From: Eledone cirrhosa
Taxonomy: Eukaryota
DNA length: 64,000 nt
Direction of reading: 5' to 3'
NCBI GenBank assembly: GCA_964016885.1
Contig: OZ024743.1
Coordinates: forward strand, 36,890,001 to 36,954,000
The first letter of the stretch is position 1; the number at the start of each line of letters is the position of its first letter. A program made the translations under genes and the position numbers. This document shows positions 56,147 to 64,000 of this stretch, in pieces. The notes beneath the pieces were generated by a model. The model searched no databases and was not told the origin of the DNA. It saw only the letters and a program-made list of their open reading frames with translations.

Positions 56147-57424
56147 ATGTGTGTGTATATTTACATTGATGTACCTGTAATACACGAGGCAAGATTTGTC
56201 ACACACTCTCAAGCCAAATCTCACTAAGTTAAGGGTAAATGTGTCTGTGGAATGCTCAGACACATGCACTATAATTTCATGAGTAGGATGTTCTATATAT
56301 TGAACAACTGGAAAGCTCATCAAAACTAATGAAAATTCAAAACACACACAACTATAACAAAAATGACACACACACACACACATGTATATATGTATATATA
56401 TATATACACATACATACAAATACACACAAGTGAGTTATTGTTGTGTAGTCCCCACATCTGTTCTGACTGAGCAGGTCTGACCAAAGGATACCCAGCTATG
56501 ATCATCTCATTTTTTCTTTTAGTCTTGGAGTCCATGGTTTAAGATACCATTCCTTTTCTTTAAGGCAGTAAGGTGAGATTTAAGGACGATTTGGTTGCTA
56601 TTTCTAGTAAATTAAAGAACTATTTTGAGAATTAAAAAAAAACTGTCAATGACAATTTTTGCCAATCAAATATGTCAGTGTTGTTGTTTAGCCCTAGGTC
56701 AGCTCAGATTTAACAGATATAAACTAAAAGGTATTCTAAATATATGAATTTTGTCCCTTTTTATATATTTGTAACTATAATGTGTTCAATTCCTAACTCT
56801 TTTGTTACCAAATTTGTAATGACATATATTGCCTATGATTTTCCAATAATATTTTTAAAATTCAATTTAGTAAAATAACTAATTTGTTCATTATCAAGCA
56901 GGTGTTTGAAACATAATTAAACAAATATTATGATGAAAGGGTTTTAAATAAATATCATAAAACCTGAGGCAATTTTAGGTAGTTTAGTATCAAAATTGTT
57001 AAGTTAGTAATGTTTGATTTGATGAAGGTTTATCTCTTATTTCTAACAGGGGAATGAGGCGGTAGCAGCACTCTCATTGGTCTATGTCATTTAAAGTAAA
57101 AATGTAAAGTAGTGCAAGTAATGTATGGAGATTATCACAGTAATTAAATGTAATATGTCATACTAAGTAAATATGAATGTTTGGTCCCTTGAGAATTGTT
57201 TGTTTAAAAACAAAAACATTGTTTAGAATACGCCTTATTCTTATCTTGTCACATGAAATACATACAAATGTATGTATTTATATATATATATATGGAGTGT
57301 TCAGAGACTGGGAAGACCACAAATCAGAGTAGTGCTCAATGCACATTTAGGCAGAGACTAGTATAGATATATGTAATCCCATCCCAACAGTTAGGAGGGA
57401 CCTCCATTTGGGATTATACTATAC

Positions 57425-57820
57425 ATCATCATCATCATCATTTTACGTTCGCTTTTCCTTGCTTGCAAGGGTGGGACGGGAACTGATTCTGGCTTGATTT
57501 CTACAGCTGGATGCCCTTCCTAACACCAACCTCATTTACAGTGAGTGCTGGGTACTTTTTTTCGATCGTGCCTACATGTCCACTTTACAGTGTGGGCTGT
57601 GTGCTTTTTTGCTGTGGCACCTCCACGACCACTTTTGCAGTGGAATGATATGGACCCCAGCCGCTATCATCATCTCATTTCTACAGCTGAGTAAACTGGA
57701 GCATTGTGAAATAAAGTGTCTTGCTCAAGGAAACAACACATCACCTGGTCTGAGAATTGAACTCACAACCTTTCGATTGCAAGGCCAATGCTCTACTAAC
57801 TACTAAGCCATGTGCCTCCA
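57425..57820 (-). mobile_element. Full copy of the same CORE-like SINE (partial or related heads at 2900-3013, 7390-7470, 27660-27860, 38180-38270, 43468-43660, 44826-45000)
   Basis: Reverse complement of 49083-49416, including the (ATG)n tail. Confidence 0.8.
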
Positions 57821-57824
57821 TGTA

Positions 57825-57870
<46 letters not shown>

Positions 57871-58596
57871 CGGACATAAAATGATGATGATGATGATGAT
57901 GATATATAAATGAGAAAAAGTGTTGTTCTTGGTCTGTTTTCCCTAATTTATGTAATATATATTATCTCATATTTGTAATATATAGAACTAGATTGTCCAA
58001 TATACTTTTCTCTTGTTGGCCCAAAGAGACATGTTTGTTTTTTGTTATTTATCCCAAGATCAACCTTCTTTGAACAGACCTATGATGAAAGTCACTCTCC
58101 TAATTACCATCCTGTCTTACTTGTATATCAAAAGCTGCTATGGCCAGATGGGGCTACAAGACCGGCGGCCCAACCATCTGCGAATGCGGAGAGGAGGACC
58201 ATACAATGCAGCACTGCCTTGTTTTCCCTCTACTACCCAACCAGTGCAGCTTAAAAGATCTCGCAGAATTTAATAATAATTGTTTCTACAATATCTACTA
58301 ATTGTTTCTAAAAATATATATATATAAAAATATATATATATAAATATAAATATATATAAATATATATATTTATATATATATATATATATTTTTTTTATAT
58401 ATATATATTTATATATATATATCTTTTTATATATATATATCTTTATATATATAAATATATATGTATATATAAAAAGATATATATATATATATGTATATAT
58501 AAAAAGATATATATAAATATATAATTATATATATATGTATATATAAAAAGATATATATATAAATATATAAATATATATATATGTATATATAAAAAG

Positions 58597-58628
<32 letters not shown>

Positions 58629-59208
58629 TATATATGTATATATATATATATATATATACAGGTATACATAGGCGCACACACACACATATGTTATGTGTGT
58701 ATGTTCATCTAAACAAGATATTTAGTCATTGGGAGCATTCAAAGATTTGTCCCATAGTCGAGTTATTGACAGTTACTCATTTAGCAACTCAGCATATAGC
58801 AGTCATTGTCACCATGAGAGGGTGGCGTTAAAATTGACTAGGAACGGTCAAAGGAACGAAACAGTCATTCTATATGTTATATATCTCTTAGAATTACTTA
58901 ACCATCTCAGAACGTTAGTAAAATATTAATTCAGAGAAATTCAAAAGTATTCCAGACTATTGTAAGGCTAAATAAATAGCTATCTAGCTATGTTTAGTTC
59001 AACAATGGCTGGGGAAGTGAATACTCACTAGAACAAATATCCTGCGGAGGGAAATTGTGGTAAATATTTCCTCTATCATGTATGTGTTATATTTGAGGCC
59101 TATTTTTCCTGTATATTTAATTCACCTATATATATATAATGTGTGAGTGGATGTTTATATATATATATAGGCATATATTTGTGTATGCACACACACACAC
59201 ACACACAC

Positions 59209-59259
<51 letters not shown>

Positions 59260-59611
59260 GTGCTCATATAAATATATTTATATATATGTGTGTGTGTCTG
59301 TGTATGCACATGCGTGTATATATGTATACATATGCAGTGATGGCAATACCTTTTGGGATCGAACAGTATGCCTGCTGCTGGGAAAGACAGGGTAGATGCT
59401 ACCCCCCCCCCCCACAACCCCTGAAAAGTAGGGGTTCGCTATCCCTTGCGTTATCACCCCATTTCCATCACTGCATATATATATATATACATACATATAT
59501 ATATTTTCCTGAGCTTTACGTTCCTTGACTGGTCGGTTATATAATCGTCCTTATATATATATACATACATACATTTCAATCAGAAATATAGAAAGTCCCC
59601 AAAATCATATA

Positions 59612-60772
59612 TCAAACAGACCCTGAGGAATAATTTGAATTCTCAAAAGCATCGTAAGATCTTGCATATGTTTTTTCAGAAACAGATGTTTTCAATGTGC
59701 CAGGAAGAGAAAAAGGTCTTTCAAAGAAAAAGTCTGAATCGGCTTTGGTACTGTAGTGATCCTGTGAAGTCTTGTTGACGTCGTATCTTAGCGTGGCCAT
59801 CATGTGTATCTTAGGAATAAAGATAAGGGATAAATTGACAGTGGTGAATATTAGAATACCGATTGCGACAGCCGGTTGCATAAATTTGCTTGGTTGCAGG
59901 AAGTAGACCAGTTGCCAAGCCAACCATACTACAATACTCAGAAGACAAGCTAAGAGTATATATTTGGCTTCACGCAGGTTTCTCTTCTCTTTGTAAAGAG
60001 AGATTGAGTAGAGCAAGATGAGAAGCTGTAGAAACATCGGGTAACAGATGTAGTAAATAAATTCAAACTTATCAAATAAACAACCGTAAATGGAAACTCC
60101 ATAGTAAGTAACCATCTTAGCTAGAGCGGATTTCATTAGAAGCCATCGCTGTAGACCGACTGCAACTTGAATGCCTGTTATAAAAACAATTGTCAACAAT
60201 TGATTGACAATTGATAAAGTTCCACCGAGCCCTATTAATCTATAATCGTGAAGATTCATTAGTTTCACAAGTATTATACTAAGAGTAAAGGCATAACCAA
60301 AAGCGGGTGCGAAATAACGCATCTCGCACACAAGTTCATTGGGGGTAAAAACAAAAGGTAGTATGGTGGAGTATTGTACAACAAGTGCAAATAACAGGAT
60401 TAACGCTAAAGTGCAGTAACGTCGCCCACAACCGGTACCTAAACAATATTTATAAAGGAGATACGTAAAGATGCCAATCGCTGTTAAAACGCCAGCAGCC
60501 GCCACTGTTATTACTACAGTCGCCCAAATAGTTCCCCGAAACTGACCAGTCGACTTTACAAATCCTTCATCTTTGAGTGTTAGTGCCATTGTAGACTTCA
60601 TAGATGGAGTTGGTTTTGGAGGCATATTCACACACGAACACGATTTCTCTTCACAACTGGCTTCCATCATTAATCTGACATCATCTTTATCCAGATTATC
60701 ACCGACGTTGTCATATAGTAATATGGTAGCTTTAGAAACTTCGACAAAGTTATCCTCTTTCCATTCAGCAAC
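59612..60772 (-). CDS. Class C GPCR, terminal coding exon: VFT tail, short Cys linker, 7TM_3 domain and C-tail
   Basis: Acceptor ttgtcttcattag|GTTGCTGAATGG (VAEW...) is in frame with the 352-aa ORF and ends at TGA 59612-59614. Seven hydrophobic segments with class C signatures: VCEMRY..AFGY...SIILVKL (TM3), KRNLREAKYI (ICL3), VVWLAW (TM6), IFIPKI (TM7). Confidence 0.93.
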   Translation of the reverse strand, partial: VAEWKEDNFVEVSKATILLYDNVGDNLDKDDVRLMMEASCEEKSCSCVNMPPKPTPSMKSTMALTLKDEGFVKSTGQFRGTIWATVVITVAAAGVLTAIGIFTYLLYKYCLGTGCGRRYCTLALILLFALVVQYSTILPFVFTPNELVCEMRYFAPAFGYAFTLSIILVKLMNLHDYRLIGLGGTLSIVNQLLTIVFITGIQVAVGLQRWLLMKSALAKMVTYYGVSIYGCLFDKFEFIYYICYPMFLQLLILLYSISLYKEKRNLREAKYILLACLLSIVVWLAWQLVYFLQPSKFMQPAVAIGILIFTTVNLSLIFIPKIHMMATLRYDVNKTSQDHYSTKADSDFFFERPFSLPGTLKTSVSEKTYARSYDAFENSNYSSGSV

Positions 60773-61364
60773 CTAATGAAGACAAAAGAAAACAATGGGA
60801 AAAAATCAATATGCTAGATTTACAAAAATTAAGAACAAATCATAAAGTACTAATAACAGTACAGAAATGTATTTTTAAATAACGAAATTTTCCTTACTAA
60901 GACATTTATATAATTTATACAGTTTAACATTGTTTCTTTGGTCCATTTTTACGAGTTCTACCCCTCTCGGTAAGCGAATGAAGTATGAGATTTCGTCGAT
61001 CGATTTCTAAATATCAGACTAATCAATACAACCAATATTACATTATTTTAATATTTTATCGTTGTTGTTGTTTAGCACTAAATAAACTCTGGTCGAGCAA
61101 ACTTGGTGCTGACAATGCATATGATAATTTAGTAGATGAAGGTGCAGTTTCTTATGTGTTTGGCAACCAATCATACCTCGACGACTAATCATATTTCGAT
61201 ATATTTGTGAATATTTCTTTTCGTATAATGTCATACCGCTTCCCTTCTTTAGTTGTTAGAGTAATTGGCAAAACAAAAAGTAATGATTCCAGAAATCACA
61301 GTTTTGAGAACAATATACTGTGTGTATTGAGTACATCTTACTTCACTCATAAGCATGAACATTC

Positions 61365-61505
<141 letters not shown>

Positions 61506-61536
61506 GCATCAATAAAATCAAATAAATTCCACTGAC

Positions 61537-63090
61537 CTTTATAACTTTAGTATTGTTTTCGTCGAACATTCGACTATATATAGCTATACCAGTGACAATC
61601 TCTCGAGTCTGATCAAACTGGAAGGAGTCACTTTCAAACTTAACTTGAACATTCTTGAAAGAATCAAGGGTTAGAATATTATTGGAATTAAACTCTTTAC
61701 ACAAGCCCCCTTTGCCTCCACATTTTTCCAAATATTCTTTTTGCAGGGCAAATAATATAGCGTCGGTGGCACGTATAACATCTGTAGTTACGGGGGATAT
61801 TTTCTGGTCTGCAGGTATTTCTTTACTTAAACATTTGTTTCTTAACTGACTGCTGTTCTTCATCTGACAAGACAAACGCTTTTGCTGTTGCTGCGAGAAC
61901 CAAACATTGTTGGTTCCTTTCAGCGATGAATTATAATATTTTTCGAATCCTGTATACACCTGCGTGTCACGACCGAGGGTGAATGAACCAATGGGAAGAG
62001 ATGTATTAATGGGGTGTTTTTCCCAACCATCATGCGATTGGTCAAAAATCCATATAACTGACAAGTTGCTTTTCTTAATTAACAAATTCAATTTGGTGAA
62101 ATGATTTTCAGAAATAAAGGCGATGATTAATTTTGTTGTATTGTCATTGGCAAGGAGCTTAAGGGCATATAGGAAAGGGTCATCTGAATTAGTTTCGTTG
62201 TTTGTGCTGAGGTCATCATAGTTAACCCCGGGAATATCTTTTAACCAGATGACATGTAAAATACATAATTTGGTACTCCTGGTCATATCAGTGAATAACT
62301 GAATGAGTCTACGATTTTCTAGTGTGTCAGAGGCTACTACAAAAACATGATTCCAACGATACGCACTTACGAGACCAATTATCGCGGAAAAGCGAGCATT
62401 TGCAGAGAGTGTTAACGACAAAGAGGTTTCGGGCAAATCGAAATCTCGTTCGGCTCTACGAGTACCGCCATTTTTCTCTATTGCCAACACAGGTTTTTTA
62501 AAATCTGCAATCGAATCCAATAAACTGTCGAGAACATCCGAAGATCCGACTGCCATATAAGCTGGAGTTAATTTAGGGCTTGCTCCCCAACTTGAGTAAT
62601 AATCCTCAGTTTTCTGGATTTTTTCAGACTTTTCCTGTTTATTATTTTGTCGAAGGGAATATGCACAGGATTCAAAATTTCCTAAAATAGTTAAGGCCTT
62701 TTGTTTAGAAGAACACGTGTCTAGGATTAAAAGACCAAGATTTACATCTTTCAAAAGTTCATTGTGTCGTTGCTTTGCTGTTTTGACAGCATAAATCATA
62801 GCCTCTATCAATTGGTCAATGTCGCTGTCGATGGTGACTTCTCCACATTCAAATGTTGTTTGTCCTGCCTTCCGTACAGGCATTATTGCCGTTACTAGAA
62901 TGTCACCAGGTACGTAAATGAAGTCATTATTAATATCTATTGTTTTACCCGGTGAACTATCACATTGGTAACACTGAGGGCACCATCCATTGCATTCAGA
63001 AACTGGAGCCTTGACATCTTCTAAAGCGTTGTAACCTCGCACAGACTTCTTGAACATAGAAATACTTTTGTTTATAGTGTATTGGCCAAC
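61537..63090 (-). CDS. Class C GPCR, penultimate coding exon (518 codons, phase 0/0): tail of an upstream VFT, Cys linker, then a complete VFT (ANF-receptor-like) domain
   Basis: Acceptor tttatctag|GTTGGCCAA (VGQY...) at 63090 and donor AAG|gtcagt at 61537; the exon is 1554 nt and open. Class C VFT motifs: IYVPGDILVTAIMPVR, IEAMIYAV, LLKDVNLGLLILDTCS, WNHVFVVASD, LCI, VIRATDAILFAL, CGGKGGLC, FQFD. Confidence 0.9.
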
Positions 63091-63622
63091 CTAGATAAAT
63101 AAATACACACACATTGGGATAAAATACATAAGAAAAGACATCGTATACAATTCCATTATAATATTGGTAAACATTAATATCTAAACAAAAAGTAACAACA
63201 CATAAATAAATACCGATTCATATATTGAACAGATACACACTGATGTCAGAATATCTAGCCATCGTGTTTTCATATGTGTACACAATTGTTGATTAAATCA
63301 GGATGTTCTTATACATACATACTTTTAAAAATATATACTTAACTGTCCTTAAAATCTATAAATATTATTATTTCATCTCATACAGTCACATATTCGATTG
63401 TTATTTTAAAACTTTCTAAGTTCGTGAATATATCCTGATAATCTATATTACAATAACTGTACAGCTATATACAGTATATAGCATGCCAACACAAGAGCAA
63501 GAATGAGGGGTTCATTCTACTGACATGGCTATAAAATCGAGGCTTGTTTGCATAATTGCAAACGAATCGAATGTTATTACTCAGATTACATTTATTGTAT
63601 TCAGCCATGTAGAGTGAAATTT

Positions 63623-63720
<98 letters not shown>

Positions 63721-63800
63721 GAGTTATCGTTTTCGGTTTCTCTAGTTCAGAGTTAGAATAGCCTATAACGCGGATTGTTTCAGCATACAGCTGTATTAAT

Positions 63801-63848
<48 letters not shown>

Positions 63849-64000
63849 CATAGCTTTGTTATAATTTGCTGAAGAAACCAAATAATACGTATTCTGGCCG
63901 TAAAACAATCGTCTATGCAACATATAGTTAGTTAGCATGATACGATGTTGCTGAAATATAACTCAATGAAAATTGACTAAGTTATAGGAAAAAGGTCCAA

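Noticed and set aside
59615-59626. PDZ-binding motif at the C-terminus (SGSV)
   Set aside because: The -2 residue is Gly, so it is not a canonical class I or II motif.
60990-61025. Hammerhead-like GAAAUCGAUC on the minus strand in the GPCR intron
   Set aside because: No stem II and a defective CUGANGA box; indistinguishable from chance.

Overview
This is AT-rich, microsatellite-saturated eukaryotic DNA. The SINE and MITE families resemble those of octopod cephalopods, but that is pattern recognition, not a database match. About 59 kb is repeat-derived: many tRNA-headed SINEs, RTE, R4/Dong-like and CRE-like LINE fragments, Penelope-like elements (PLEs), Helitrons, two solo LTRs, MITEs and a mariner remnant. 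The only host gene I can support is the last two coding exons of a minus-strand class C GPCR (63090-61537 and 60772-59612). Its exon structure implies at least two Venus-flytrap (VFT) domains in tandem, joined by a short Cys linker, and no canonical nine-cysteine domain. Most notable observations: (1) this multi-VFT receptor; (2) several type I hammerhead-ribozyme-like motifs, one with an intact core, in PLE-derived or hairpin elements next to (TA)n tracts; (3) long palindromes that appear centred on hammerhead helices; (4) an RTE LINE with twin-priming geometry and a 12-bp target-site duplication (TSD); (5) a resolvable Helitron-in-Helitron-plus-SINE nest. All alignments were made by eye, so repeat boundaries are approximate.
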